Source: an uncultured Gemmatimonadales bacterium | GTDB lineage: Bacteria; Gemmatimonadota; Gemmatimonadetes; Longimicrobiales; RSA9 | Reading direction: 5' to 3' | Assembly: GCA_963798845.1 (NCBI GenBank) | Contig: CAWCUS010000001.1 | Location: forward strand, 512,001-576,000 | Length of the DNA: 64,000 nucleotides | Part shown: positions 46,367 to 56,338 of the stretch, in pieces | Position numbering within the stretch: position 1 is the first letter of the stretch | Layout: the number at the start of each line of letters is the position of its first letter | The notes under the pieces: model-generated | The model's input: only the letters and a program-made list of their open reading frames with translations | Database searches by the model: none | Told to the model about the DNA's origin: nothing | Made by a program: the position numbers and the translations under genes

Positions 46367-48061
46367 TCAGGGGATGGAGGCGGGCATCTCGCCCTCGGGG
46401 GCCTCATCGCGATCGACGTCCGGCCGGGTGCGTCGCACGAGCCAGCGGTTGAGGGCGAGGAAGAGAGCGAGCGCGGCGGCCCACTGGGCGAGGGTGTTGA
46501 GGAGTCCGTAGCGGCCCCAGACATCCGCGAGCCCGCCCTGGTACAGCCACCAGAGGATGAGGACCACCGCTTCGACCACCACCAGCCGGATCGACCACTC
46601 CCACCAGCGGCCGATGCGGATGTCGGCGAAGGGCGTGTTCACGAACTCCTCCCGGAACCGCCGCACGCCGTGGCGCAGCACTGCGGTGGCGAAGAAGAGG
46701 CCCGAGACCATGAGCCCCACGCCCCAGACCCAGTCCTGGTTCTCGAACACGGTCATGGAGAGGGCGGAGGGGATGCCGAGCCCGAAGCCGAAGGTGCCCA
46801 CCACGGCGAGCGCGGCGCGGCGCGTCATGCCGCCATCGACCAGCACGCGTACCGCCAGCTCGATCATGGAGATGAGCGACGAGAGAGCGGCGAAGGCGAG
46901 CGCGAGGAAGAAGAACGTGGTCAGCAGTCGCCCGAGCGGGAGCGTATTGAAGATCTGGGGGACCCAGATGAACGTGAGGCCGTTGTTTCCGCTCCCCAGC
47001 ACCGCCTCGGACAGCGCCTTCGGCTCCAGCCCGCCCGTGGCCTGCGCCACGGCCATGCGCGTCTCGGCGGGGACCGCCTCGTTCTTGAAGAAGCCCTGGA
47101 CCTGGCCCTCCTCCATCGGGCTGCCCACCAGCCCCTGCAACTGGTCCGGTGGGAGAGCGGCCAACCCCGCCTCCAGCTGGGTCTCCAGGCCCGGATAGGC
47201 AAGGAGGGCGTGCTCGAAGCCCGTGGGCGTCGCCACGATCCGCGCCGCCAGCCCCGGCCCGGCGGCGAACACCGTGCAGATCACCATGATCCCCGCCAGG
47301 AGGCTGACGGAGTTGTTGCCGAAGCCCAGCATGAACGCGTTGAGAGTGGAGTCCTCCTGGCGCCTCATGTAGACGGCGTAGGCGACGATGAGCCCCCAGC
47401 CCGCCCCCGTGTCCCAGGCGTTCTGGGTCAGCGCTTCCAGCCAGATCCGGTAGTTGGCCAGCTCGTGCCACTCGGGCGTGAACAGGTAGTTCAGACCGCC
47501 CACGGCCCCCGGCAGCGTGACCGCGCGGATGGCGAGGAAGACCACCAGCACGAAAAGCGACGGGATCATGAAACGCGCGGCCACCTCGATTCCGCGCACC
47601 CCACGGGCCACCACCACCAGCCCGATCGCCATGGCGATGGCGTGCGTGACCAGCGCCCACGGCGTGCCCGCGAAGGTGACCCACAGCGACCCCGGGATCT
47701 CGCCCGCCAGCTGCCCCGTGATCCCAGCCCACGTGTAGCGGAGCGTCCAGCCGGTGACCACGCTGTAGTAGAACATGATCGCCGTTGCAGTCCACGCCAC
47801 CCACGCGCCCATCCACGCGTACTTCGGCCCGGCGACACGGGCGAACGCACCCACCGGTCCGTAGCGGGTGCCCCGCCCCATGGCGAACTCCACCAGGATC
47901 AGCGGGATGCTCCAGAGGAGGAGGAAGGCCACCCAGGCGACGAGGAAGGAGCCGCCCCCGTTGGCAGCGGCGACGCGCGGGAACCGCCATATGTTTCCCG
48001 TCCCCACGGCCATGCCCAGCATGGCCAGCATCATCCCCCAGCGGCTGGAAAAACGGGACAC
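46367..48061 (-). CDS. Sodium-dependent transporter (NSS/SNF family)
   Basis: AVGTGNIWRFP, NGGGSFL, FYYSV, GLTFI and AALSSLISMIE; GTG start after GGAG inferred. Confidence 0.93.
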   Translation of the reverse strand: MSRFSSRWGMMLAMLGMAVGTGNIWRFPRVAAANGGGSFLVAWVAFLLLWSIPLILVEFAMGRGTRYGPVGAFARVAGPKYAWMGAWVAWTATAIMFYYSVVTGWTLRYTWAGITGQLAGEIPGSLWVTFAGTPWALVTHAIAMAIGLVVVARGVRGIEVAARFMIPSLFVLVVFLAIRAVTLPGAVGGLNYLFTPEWHELANYRIWLEALTQNAWDTGAGWGLIVAYAVYMRRQEDSTLNAFMLGFGNNSVSLLAGIMVICTVFAAGPGLAARIVATPTGFEHALLAYPGLETQLEAGLAALPPDQLQGLVGSPMEEGQVQGFFKNEAVPAETRMAVAQATGGLEPKALSEAVLGSGNNGLTFIWVPQIFNTLPLGRLLTTFFFLALAFAALSSLISMIELAVRVLVDGGMTRRAALAVVGTFGFGLGIPSALSMTVFENQDWVWGVGLMVSGLFFATAVLRHGVRRFREEFVNTPFADIRIGRWWEWSIRLVVVEAVVLILWWLYQGGLADVWGRYGLLNTLAQWAAALALFLALNRWLVRRTRPDVDRDEAPEGEMPASIP

Positions 48062-48350
48062 GATCTTGTGCTCCTGGAAAGGCGTCGGGAAGGTCCGAAG
48101 CCTAGGCGCCGCGACGGGCCCGGGCAAGAGCGAGGATCGATCCGCGCTCGGTCGCTACGCTCCCTCCCGCGGACCGCGGGGCGCGGATTCGAACCTCGGC
48201 GGCCTGGCGGCCGCCTCGGCGCCGCTCCGCGGCGATTCGACGGGCGACGTCGCCGACGTCGCCCGCGGCGCGAAGCGCCGATTCCTCCCCCAACGCCCAC
48301 CCCGGTGCGCAGCCCGCCTCGTGGAGCGCGCCCGCCCGCCTCCGGTTGCG

Positions 48351-48500
48351 TCGAATCCCGCAACGCGGGTCGCGGCGGGAGCGAAGCGACCGCCGCGATC
48401 GAATCCCGCAACGCGGGTCGCGGCCGGGAGCGAAGCGACCGCCGCGATCGAATCCCGCAACGCGGGTCGCGGCCGGGAGCGAAGCGACCGCCGCGATCGA
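48351..48500. repeat. 49-bp palindromic tandem repeat x3 (REP/BIME-like)
   Basis: TCGAATCCCGCAACGCGGGTCGCGGC(C)GGGAGCGAAGCGACCGCCGCGA starting at 48351, 48399 and 48448. Confidence 0.92.
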
Positions 48501-48564
48501 CAGCGGAGCCGCCGCCAGGCGGCGGAGCGTTCGCCGCCGAGCCCCGCAGAAAGACTCCGGCTAC

Positions 48565-49893
48565 CTAAGCGATTCGGTCGCGCACATACCCGACCACGCG
48601 ATCGGCCGCGATGCGAACCTGCTCCAGCGAATCGCGGTCGCGCACCGTCACGGTCCCATCCTCGCTGGTCTGGCCGTCGATGGTGAGGCAGAACGGAGTG
48701 CCGGCCTCATCCTGGCGGCGGTAGCGCTTCCCGATGGAGCCGCTGGCGTCGTAGAAGGAGTTGACTGCGGCCTTCTTGAAATCGGCGTTGAGCTTCTCGG
48801 CGATCTCGGGGAGGCCGTCCTTGTTGACGAGAGGGAAGATGGCGGCCTTGATGGGCGCGAGCCCGGGGTGGAGTCCGAGGACCACGCGCTGCTCGCCCTG
48901 CACCTGTTCCTCGCGGTAGGCGTCGGCCAGCACCACGAGGGCGGTGCGGTCGGCACCGGCTGAGGTCTCGATGATGTAGGGGAGATAGCGCCTGCTGGTG
49001 TCCGCGGGGTCAATGTATTCGAGGCGCTTGCCGGAATGCTCCTGGTGGCGCGTGAGGTCGAAGTCGGTCCGGTTGTGGATGCCCTCGAACTCCTTCCAGC
49101 CGAACGGCAGCTCGTACTCGATGTCGAACGCCTTCTTGGCGTAGTGCGCCAGCTCGTCGGGCGTGTGCTGGTGGAAGCGGAGCTTCTCCGGACGGATCCC
49201 GAGCGACTTCACCCAGTCCATCCGCTTCTCCCGCCAGTATTCCATCCACTGGTCGTCGGTGCCGGGCTCGACGAAGAACTGCATCTCCATCTGCTCGAAC
49301 TCGCGCGTCCGGAAGATGAAGTTCCCGGGGGTGATCTCGTTGCGGAACGCCTTCCCGATCTGCGCGATCCCGAACGGGACCCGCTGCCGCGCCGTGGTCA
49401 GGACGTTCTGGAAGTTGACGTAGATCCCCTGCGCGGTCTCCGGGCGCAGATAGACGACGGCGGCATCCTCCTCTACCGGCCCCATGAACGTCTTGAACAT
49501 GAGGTTGAAGTTTCGCGGCTCCGAGAACGCGTCCGTGGAACCGCACACCGGGCACTGCCCGTCGTGGATCCCGGGATTGTCGGCGCGGAACCGCCGGTGG
49601 CAGTTGCGGCACTCCACAAGCGGATCGGTGAACCCCTCCACGTGGCCGCTCGCCACCCACACCTCGGGGTTCATGAGGATCGCCGCGTCCAGCCCCTCGA
49701 TGTCGTCGCGCTCGTGGACCATGGCGCGCCACCACGCGGCCTTGATGCTGTTCTTCAGCTCCACGCCCAGAGGGCCGTAGTCCCACACGGAGCCGGTGCC
49801 GCCGTAGATCTCGGAGGACTGGAAGACGTAGCCCCGCCGCTTGCACAGCGAGACGAGCTTGTCCATCAGGTCGTTCGTGTTTCCGTTGCTCAT
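48565..49893 (-). CDS. glyQS: Glycine--tRNA ligase (alpha2 type)
   Basis: [35 protein letters not shown] and [11 protein letters not shown]. Confidence 0.97.
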   Translation of the reverse strand: MSNGNTNDLMDKLVSLCKRRGYVFQSSEIYGGTGSVWDYGPLGVELKNSIKAAWWRAMVHERDDIEGLDAAILMNPEVWVASGHVEGFTDPLVECRNCHRRFRADNPGIHDGQCPVCGSTDAFSEPRNFNLMFKTFMGPVEEDAAVVYLRPETAQGIYVNFQNVLTTARQRVPFGIAQIGKAFRNEITPGNFIFRTREFEQMEMQFFVEPGTDDQWMEYWREKRMDWVKSLGIRPEKLRFHQHTPDELAHYAKKAFDIEYELPFGWKEFEGIHNRTDFDLTRHQEHSGKRLEYIDPADTSRRYLPYIIETSAGADRTALVVLADAYREEQVQGEQRVVLGLHPGLAPIKAAIFPLVNKDGLPEIAEKLNADFKKAAVNSFYDASGSIGKRYRRQDEAGTPFCLTIDGQTSEDGTVTVRDRDSLEQVRIAADRVVGYVRDRIA

Positions 49894-49905
49894 AGGGCGC
49901 GGAAC

Positions 49906-51009
49906 CTACCGAACGCCCGGCTGACCGAGCAAGGCACCGAGCGCGCCGCTCACCTTCCGGGCGATCCCCGCCGCGTCCAGCTCCGTCTCACCGCCGGTCA
50001 CCACCGTCACGCCCTCCTCCACGTCTGCGTGGGCGCGTCCGACCACCAGCAGCACCGGCACGCCGGCGGCGCGCGCCCGGCGCACCACTTCCCCCGCGGC
50101 CTTCCCCATGAACGACTGGTCGTCCCACGAGCCCTCGCCGGTCACCACCAGCGTCGCTTCCGGCAGCAGGGCGTCGAACCCGGTCGCCTCCAGCACCCAC
50201 GGGGCTCCCCGCCGGAGCGTCGCGCCCAGGAGAGCGGCGAAGGCGGCGCCGAGGCCGCCCGCGGCGCCGGCGCCTTCCAGCGGAGCCACGACGCGGCCGA
50301 GGTCGCGCCGGACGATGTCCGCCCAGTGGCGCAGTGCGCGCTCGAGCTGCTCCACCTGGGCGGCGCTGGCGCCCTTCTGCGGGCCGAACACCGCCGCGGC
50401 GCCGTTGGACCCGAGCAGCGGGTTGTCCACGTCAGTGAGAACGATGGGGGTGGAGAACGGGGGTTCGGCAGGGGAGTCGATGGCAGCCAGGCGGATCAAG
50501 CCGAGGCCGCCGGGCGGGATCGGGTGACCGGCGTCGTCGAGGAGCGACCAGCCGAGGGCCTGAGCCATGCCGGCGCCCGCGTCCACGGTGGCCGAGCCGC
50601 CGAGGCCGACCACGACGGGGTGGTCGCCCGCCGCCCGGGCCGCAGCGATGAGCAGCTCTCCGACGCCGCGGCTGGAAGCGCGCATGGGGTCGAGGAGCGG
50701 GCGGGGGACCAGGTGCAGCCCGCACGCTTCGGCGGTTTCGACAACCACCCGGTCGTCCTGCTGCAGGTACCGGGCGGAAACCGAGCTGCCGAGCGGTCCG
50801 GCGACGCGCACCCCGTGCGCCTTTCCGCCCCCCGCCGCCTCCATCGCCTCCAGCAGGCCGTCCCCCCCGTCGGCCATCGGGAGAACATGGATCTCATGGG
50901 CGCCCACCCGCGCGGCCGCGACCGCCTCCCGTGCCCCCTCCGCCATAGCCTCGCCGACCTGGCGGGCCGTCATCGTCCCCTTGAACGCCGTCGGTGCGAT
51001 CAGGATCAC
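49906..51009 (-). CDS. Glycerate kinase (GlxK family)
   Basis: APTAFKG, PMADGGDG, GLGGSATVD, FGPQKGA, GAAGG and TGEG. Confidence 0.93.
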   Translation of the reverse strand: MILIAPTAFKGTMTARQVGEAMAEGAREAVAAARVGAHEIHVLPMADGGDGLLEAMEAAGGGKAHGVRVAGPLGSSVSARYLQQDDRVVVETAEACGLHLVPRPLLDPMRASSRGVGELLIAAARAAGDHPVVVGLGGSATVDAGAGMAQALGWSLLDDAGHPIPPGGLGLIRLAAIDSPAEPPFSTPIVLTDVDNPLLGSNGAAAVFGPQKGASAAQVEQLERALRHWADIVRRDLGRVVAPLEGAGAAGGLGAAFAALLGATLRRGAPWVLEATGFDALLPEATLVVTGEGSWDDQSFMGKAAGEVVRRARAAGVPVLLVVGRAHADVEEGVTVVTGGETELDAAGIARKVSGALGALLGQPGVR

Positions 51010-51082
51010 GCTCCCCTCCCCGTTCGAAAGCCGGTTCGGGAGCGAAATCTATCGTGGAGACCGCGATTCGACGAACGCGCGC

Positions 51083-51406
51083 TCAGGTCCGCCGGCTGGT
51101 TTCCCGGTGGGCGGGTGGCGCGGGTCGCGTTTCGATGCGGAAGAGGCCGAGTCGCTGAGCCATGATCAGGTAGGCGGCCCAGACTATGACGCCGCCGAAG
51201 GCGAGGATGCCGGTGAGCCCGCCGACGGCGAGCGTGCAGAGGATGCCGAAGAGGAGGAAGAGCCCGGCGATGGCCGCCAGGCCCACGTCGGTCCCGCCGT
51301 CGTCCACCTCGCGGAAGCGACCCACCGCGAGCGCTGCGCCTGCCCCGGCGAAACCGCCGAGGGCGAACAACAGGAGCAGGAGACGCATGCCGCGGGCGGT
51401 GATCAT
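51083..51406 (-). CDS. Small hypothetical membrane protein
   Basis: About three hydrophobic segments; co-oriented with its neighbours. Confidence 0.7.
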   Translation of the reverse strand: MITARGMRLLLLLFALGGFAGAGAALAVGRFREVDDGGTDVGLAAIAGLFLLFGILCTLAVGGLTGILAFGGVIVWAAYLIMAQRLGLFRIETRPAPPAHRETSRRT

Positions 51407-51479
51407 GGGACAGCTCCGGATCCTCTACTGGGACAGTGCTCGCCGACCTCCGCTCACCAGAGTTGCAAGGGGCGTTCCC

Positions 51480-52349
51480 CTAGAAGACGGACACCTTCAC
51501 GTACCGGCTCGGGTTCTGGCGCACGTCCAGGGCGAGGGCCCGGACCTCGCGCAGCGTGGCGGACAGGTCGCCGTAGAGCGTGGTGTCGTTGATGAGTCGA
51601 CCGAGCGTGCCATCGCCGCGGTCGAGCTTGTCCATCACCGAAGCCATGGACGCGAGCGACGGCTGGAGCGCGGCCAGCGTCTGGTTGGCCGTGAGCGCGC
51701 TGTTGCGGATCTCCGCCAGCGCATCCCCGGCGTTGGCTCCCGCCTGGGCCTGCTCCATCTGCTCGGCGGTGCGCCGGAGGGAGGAAGCGGCCAGGCTGAG
51801 CTGGGTGAAGGTGGCGCGCAGCTGGGCGGCGACTTCCGGCAGCACCGACGCCGTCGCCCTCAGGTGTGAGACCGCGTCGGGCGAGAGCAGCGAGTCCGCG
51901 GCCGTGAGAAGGCCCTGCGCCTGGTCGCCGAGCTCGGTGGCGAGCTGCGGGAGCGCGCGCTGCGTCATCCCCTGGATCGTGTCCCCGCCCTCCAGCAGGA
52001 CCAGGGCGCTGCCGGGGAGCAGCTGGACCGTGTTCTTGCCGAACATGTCGCCCGCCACGAGGGCGCGGGTGTCGGCGGGCAGGCGGATGGCGTCATCGAT
52101 CTTGATGGACACCGTGACCCGGCTCGGCGGCTCCAGGTGCACGCGCCGGACGGCGCCCACCTGCACGCCGTTGAGCTGCACTGCATCCCCTCGATTGAGG
52201 CCGGCGCCATCGGTCATGGCCACGACGATCTCGTCTCCGCCCACCAGGATCGGATCGCCCATGAGGAAGAAGAAGCCCCAGATGAACAGCGCCGTGGCCC
52301 CGATCACGAGCAGGCCGAGGGCGGTCAGGTTCCGTACCTGGTGTTCCAT
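51480..52349 (-). CDS. mlaD: MCE/MlaD family protein
   Basis: N-terminal TM helix, AGLNRGDAVQLNGVQVG, helical region, GDGTLGRLIND and NPSRY. Confidence 0.9.
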   Translation of the reverse strand: MEHQVRNLTALGLLVIGATALFIWGFFFLMGDPILVGGDEIVVAMTDGAGLNRGDAVQLNGVQVGAVRRVHLEPPSRVTVSIKIDDAIRLPADTRALVAGDMFGKNTVQLLPGSALVLLEGGDTIQGMTQRALPQLATELGDQAQGLLTAADSLLSPDAVSHLRATASVLPEVAAQLRATFTQLSLAASSLRRTAEQMEQAQAGANAGDALAEIRNSALTANQTLAALQPSLASMASVMDKLDRGDGTLGRLINDTTLYGDLSATLREVRALALDVRQNPSRYVKVSVF

Positions 52350-52364
52350 CGCTCTATGTCCCCT

Positions 52365-53108
52365 TCATACCGCGGTTCCGAATCGGCGGTGCATGAACCG
52401 CCGGACGACCGGGTCTTCACTTTCCAGTATCTCCGCGGGCGTCCCGACCGCCCGAAGCTTCCCCTCGCTCAGCAGCGCCACGCGGTCGCCCACCTGGAAG
52501 GCGGACTCGAGGTCGTGGGTCACCACGATGCTCGTCACGCCCAGGTCCCGCGCGAGCTCGCTGATGAGCTCGTCGATCGTGTCCGCGTTCACGGGATCCA
52601 GTCCCGTGGTCGGCTCGTCGTACAGAACGTAGCGAGGCCGGCTCGCGATGGCCCTCGCCACGCCCACGCGCTTTCGCATCCCGCCCGACAGCTCCGCGGG
52701 ATACTGGTCCAGAACATCCGCGTCGAGGTTCACGCGCGCCAGTAGCGTCGCGGCCTCGTCGCGCGTGCTCTCAAGCGGCCGCGTCGAATCCTCGTCCGTG
52801 AGCGCCAGCGCCAGGTTGGCCGCCACGGTCATGGAATCGAACAGCGCGGAGTGCTGAAACACGTACCCCACCTTGCGACGCACCCGCTTCAGCTGCTCCG
52901 GTGAGGCATGCGGAATCGAGACTCCGTCCACGCGAACGTCGCCCCGATCAGGCATGAGCAGGCCGATGGCGTGCTTGAGCAGCACGCTCTTGCCCGTGCC
53001 GGACGGCCCCAGCAGCGCCAGTGTCTCCCCCTCCCGCACGGTGAGATCGACGCCGGACAGGACCGGCTCGCCCCCGAAGGTCTTCCAGACGCTCCGGAAC
53101 TCGATCAT
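52365..53108 (-). CDS. mlaF: MlaF-type ABC ATPase
   Basis: GPSGTGKS, LSGGMRKRV, YDEPTTGLDP and VTHD. Confidence 0.93.
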   Translation of the reverse strand: MIEFRSVWKTFGGEPVLSGVDLTVREGETLALLGPSGTGKSVLLKHAIGLLMPDRGDVRVDGVSIPHASPEQLKRVRRKVGYVFQHSALFDSMTVAANLALALTDEDSTRPLESTRDEAATLLARVNLDADVLDQYPAELSGGMRKRVGVARAIASRPRYVLYDEPTTGLDPVNADTIDELISELARDLGVTSIVVTHDLESAFQVGDRVALLSEGKLRAVGTPAEILESEDPVVRRFMHRRFGTAV

Positions 53109-53936
53109 TCACGCCACCTTCAGGAGCGGGATCAGCAGCAGGTCGAGGATCATCACCGCCAGGGTGGTGGCCACCACGGCCGAGGTGGTGGTGCGACCCA
53201 CCCCCTCCGCGCCCCCGCGCCCCTCGAGCCCGATGAAACAGGCGAGGAACGTGATGGTTACCCCGAACACCGCACCTTTGATCACCGAGAAGAAGAGCAC
53301 CCAGGGACGGAAGTAGAAACGGGCGCCGAACAGGAAGTCCGCCGTGGTCAGACCGTCCTGCGACAGCATGCCCGTCATCCAGCCGGCGCAGATCCCGACG
53401 GCGTCCGCCAGGATCACGAGCGACGGGACCACCAGCGCGCCGCCGACCACGCGCGGCACGATGAGCAGCGTGATCGGGTCGCGTCCGATGGAATAGAGGG
53501 CGTCCACCTGCTCGGTGACCTTCATGGTGCCCAGCTCGGCAGCGATGCTGGCGCCCAGCCGCCCGATGAGGACGATGGCGGTGAGCACCGGGCCCAGCTC
53601 GGTGAGTACGCCCGCCGTCACCACCGCTCCGGTCACCCAGGTCGGGAGCCCCCCGGCGAACTGCGAGCCCGTCTGCTGGGAGGCGATCGCCCCGCCGATC
53701 GCGCCCATGAACGCCACCAGAGGGAGCGAGCGAATGCCCATGGCGTACGCCTGGCTCACCGACGCGTGCACGTACTTCCGGGGCGACATCAGGGTGCGCA
53801 CGATCGCCGCCGCCATCAGCGCGCTCCGGCCCACGCGGTCCAGTCCGCTCTGGGCTGCGCCGATTACGTCCGGCGCCCGTAGCCGCCGCCGAGCCGCCAC
53901 GTCAGGAAGAAGGGTCCGCCGGAGACCGTTCGGCAT
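53109..53936 (-). CDS. mlaE: MlaE-type ABC permease
   Basis: ELGPVLTA, AELGTMKVTEQVDAL and GAEGVGRTTT; start approximate. Confidence 0.93.
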   Translation of the reverse strand: MPNGLRRTLLPDVAARRRLRAPDVIGAAQSGLDRVGRSALMAAAIVRTLMSPRKYVHASVSQAYAMGIRSLPLVAFMGAIGGAIASQQTGSQFAGGLPTWVTGAVVTAGVLTELGPVLTAIVLIGRLGASIAAELGTMKVTEQVDALYSIGRDPITLLIVPRVVGGALVVPSLVILADAVGICAGWMTGMLSQDGLTTADFLFGARFYFRPWVLFFSVIKGAVFGVTITFLACFIGLEGRGGAEGVGRTTTSAVVATTLAVMILDLLLIPLLKVA

Positions 53937-54426
53937 CGGCGGAAGCACGGGACTCGGAGTCGCCCCAGAGCGAGAGCGCGAGCAGGATCGCGCCAATGGT
54001 GATGCCCGCGTCGGCCAGGTTGAACGTCCAGAAGCGCACGTTCCCGAGCCCTACGTCAATGAAGTCGACGACGCCCGCCGCGCCCCGCAGCCGGTCGATC
54101 AGGTTCCCCAGGGCCCCGCCGGTGACCAGCCCGAGGGCCACCAGCTGGACGCGACGCTCCGGCGGCGTGCCACGGTACATGAGGTAGAGCGCCGCGAGAG
54201 CCAGGAACGCGAGGAAGATGAAGATGATCCGGGAGGCCGGGCCCACGTCGAGGCCGAAGGCCGCGCCGGGGTTGTAGGCGAGCGTGAACCGGACCACGCC
54301 GCCCAGGACGTCGGTGGGGGAGTGGAGCGTCAGGTTCTGCTCCGCCACGCGCTTCGTCCCGCAGTCCCCGAGCGCCAGACCCAGGAGGAGCGGCCAGAAG
54401 AGACGGGCTTTCGGCTTCGAAGTCAT
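53902..54426 (-). CDS. lspA: Signal peptidase II
   Basis: NPGAAFG, GGALGNLIDR, VVDFID and FNLAD. Confidence 0.95.
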   Translation of the reverse strand: MTSKPKARLFWPLLLGLALGDCGTKRVAEQNLTLHSPTDVLGGVVRFTLAYNPGAAFGLDVGPASRIIFIFLAFLALAALYLMYRGTPPERRVQLVALGLVTGGALGNLIDRLRGAAGVVDFIDVGLGNVRFWTFNLADAGITIGAILLALSLWGDSESRASADAERSPADPSS

Positions 54427-54445
54427 CCCGACTGTGTCCCGCGCT

Positions 54446-55591
54446 TCAGCCGGCGTTGCTGAGGATCCGGTCCACCAGCTCCTCGTTCGTCTTCGTGCGC
54501 TTCATGAACGCCAGCAGCTTCTCCATGGCCGAGACCGGCGGGTCGTCGGACAGCTGGCGGCGGAGCAGATGCGAGACGCGCAGCATGTCGTTCGTCAACA
54601 GCAGCTCCTCGCGACGCGTCGCGCTTCCGTTCAGGTCGATGGCCGGCCAGATCCGCTTGTCCGCCAGTTCGCGGTTCAGCACCAGCTCGCTGTTCCCCGT
54701 GCCCTTGAACTCCTCGAAGATCACGTCGTCCATGCGCGAGCCCGTGTCGATCAGCGCCGTGGCGATGATCGTGAGGCTGCCGCCGCCCTCGTCGCCCGAG
54801 ATGTTGCGTGCGCTCCCGAGGAACCGCTTCGGCTTCTCCAGCGAGTTGGCATCCAGCCCACCCGACAGCGTCCGGCCGGAGCCCTCCTCCACCGTGTTGT
54901 AGGCGCGGGCCAGGCGAGTGATCGAGTCCAGGATGATCACCACGTCCTCACCCAGCTCCGCCCGGCGACGCGCCCGCTCCAGCGTGATTTCCGCCACGTT
55001 CACGTGACGCTCCGCCGGGTGGTCGAAGCTCGAGGAGATCACTTCCCCGAAGCCGGTATTCTCCATCTCCGTCACTTCTTCCGGCCGCTCGTCCACCAGC
55101 AGGATCATCAGGTAGGACTCCGGATAGTTCTTCACGATGCCCTCGGCGATCGCCTGGAGCACCATGGTCTTCCCCGCCTTCGCCGGCGCCACGATGAGCG
55201 CCCGCTGACCCTTGCCGAAGGGGCAGAGCAGGTCGATGATCCGGTTCGTGTAGTCCGGCTGGCCGCGGCGCTCCAGCCCGCACTCCAGCACCAGCTGCTC
55301 GTCCGGGTGCAGCGCGCTCAGTCGCTGGAAGTCCCGGCGAGGGCCGAGCGACTCCGGTGGACGGTTGTTCACCGCCACCAGCCGCGTCAGCGGCGCGCTC
55401 TTGCCGCGACCCGGCGCCTGACCCACGTCGCCGTAGATCTCGTCGCCCGTTCGCAGGTCGAATTTCTGGACCACCTTCTGGCCCACGTAGATGTCACTGT
55501 TGCCCGGGACGTAGCCATCGTCCTTGCGGCGGATGAACCCGGAGCCGCTCGAGAGGACCTCGAGCACGCCGAGAGGCGCTTCCTTGATCAC
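54446..55591 (-). CDS. rho: Transcription termination factor Rho (apparently short form)
   Basis: GVLEV, GFIR, DIYV, GKGQR, AKAGKT, DERPEEVT, LDSITRLARAYN and EEFKGTGN; GTG start inferred. Confidence 0.95.
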   Translation of the reverse strand: MIKEAPLGVLEVLSSGSGFIRRKDDGYVPGNSDIYVGQKVVQKFDLRTGDEIYGDVGQAPGRGKSAPLTRLVAVNNRPPESLGPRRDFQRLSALHPDEQLVLECGLERRGQPDYTNRIIDLLCPFGKGQRALIVAPAKAGKTMVLQAIAEGIVKNYPESYLMILLVDERPEEVTEMENTGFGEVISSSFDHPAERHVNVAEITLERARRRAELGEDVVIILDSITRLARAYNTVEEGSGRTLSGGLDANSLEKPKRFLGSARNISGDEGGGSLTIIATALIDTGSRMDDVIFEEFKGTGNSELVLNRELADKRIWPAIDLNGSATRREELLLTNDMLRVSHLLRRQLSDDPPVSAMEKLLAFMKRTKTNEELVDRILSNAG

Positions 55592-55811
55592 GTGCCCTTC
55601 CCTGTCCGTCTGTTCGGGGGTTCGTCTGGGGCCGGCCCACTCCGGGCCGGATCCTACGGCTGGCGCGCTCGCACGAACGCAGCGACACCAGTTGAAATCA
55701 CGCGGGCTCCGCCGATATCGGACATTCTGGCGGACGCCGGGCCGGTCTGGAACTGCCACCGGTCGGCGGCCGCACGAGGATGTCGCGGGTCCGACGGAAC
55801 CGTCAACCCGG

Positions 55812-55830
55812 CGGACTCCCGAGGAGTCCG
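55812..55830 (-). terminator. GC-rich hairpin downstream of tRNA-Ala
   Basis: CGGACTCC-cga-GGAGTCCG; no clear U-tract. Confidence 0.4.
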
Positions 55831-55869
55831 GCGCGTTGCACGGCATGGATGGTGCCCGCGGAACTGCAA

Positions 55870-55942
55870 TGGAGCTGAGGGGATTCGAACCCCTGACCCC
55901 CTGCTTGCAAAGCAGGTGCTCTCCCGACTGAGCTACAGCCCC
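55870..55942 (-). tRNA. tRNA-Ala(TGC), CCA not encoded
   Basis: GGGGCTGTAGCTCAGTCGGGAGAGCACCTGCTTTGCAAGCAGGGGGTCAGGGGTTCGAATCCCCTCAGCTCCA, with the G3:U70 identity pair. Confidence 0.97.
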
Positions 55943-56249
55943 GAAACCCTTCCTGCACTCAAGCGAACGCCCGGGGCCATGCGAACGGAATCATAAGGCC
56001 CGCATTGCCGCGGCGGAAGGGCGACAGCCGCGAGTGCGAATACTCACGGTTGGACGGGTAGTTCCGCACCGCTGCAAACCGCCTCGACGCGGGCAATGCT
56101 CGCCGTCTCACTCGTGGCGGGCACAATGAGGCTCTGGATGCCGGCCGAAGAGCTGACGCGCCAGCCCGCGCGTCCGGCCCTCTTCATGCAGTTCGTCAGC
56201 CTCGCCGAGCCGGCGGTGGTGGTGATCCGTGGGCGGCGCGGGTGGGCCC

Positions 56250-56276
56250 TGTCGATCTCGTGACCCCACGTTCGAC
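56250..56276 (+). promoter_or_regulatory. ECF42-type promoter
   Basis: TGTCGA-N17-CGAC upstream of the yciI-ECF pair. Confidence 0.7.
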
Positions 56277-56338
56277 GCATGGTAGGAGGCGTCCGGAGAG
56301 GCCGGCGCCCCTCGAACCGAAGACGAGGAGATTCTGCA

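Noticed and set aside
48175..48215. tRNA gene or pseudogene around GGATTCGAACC
   Set aside because: Only a mismatched T-arm-like piece is present, with no D arm, anticodon arm or acceptor stem. It is kept as part of the repeat finding.
48351..48500. 49-bp repeats as a CRISPR or other spacer-bearing array
   Set aside because: The units are contiguous and identical, with no variable spacers, and there are no cas genes in the window.
55685..55705. CRISPR-repeat-like GTTGAAATC
   Set aside because: It occurs once, with no repetition.
56096..56263. 55-aa plus-strand ORF upstream of yciI
   Set aside because: No RBS or motif, and it overlaps the ECF42 promoter, so it cannot be supported as a gene.
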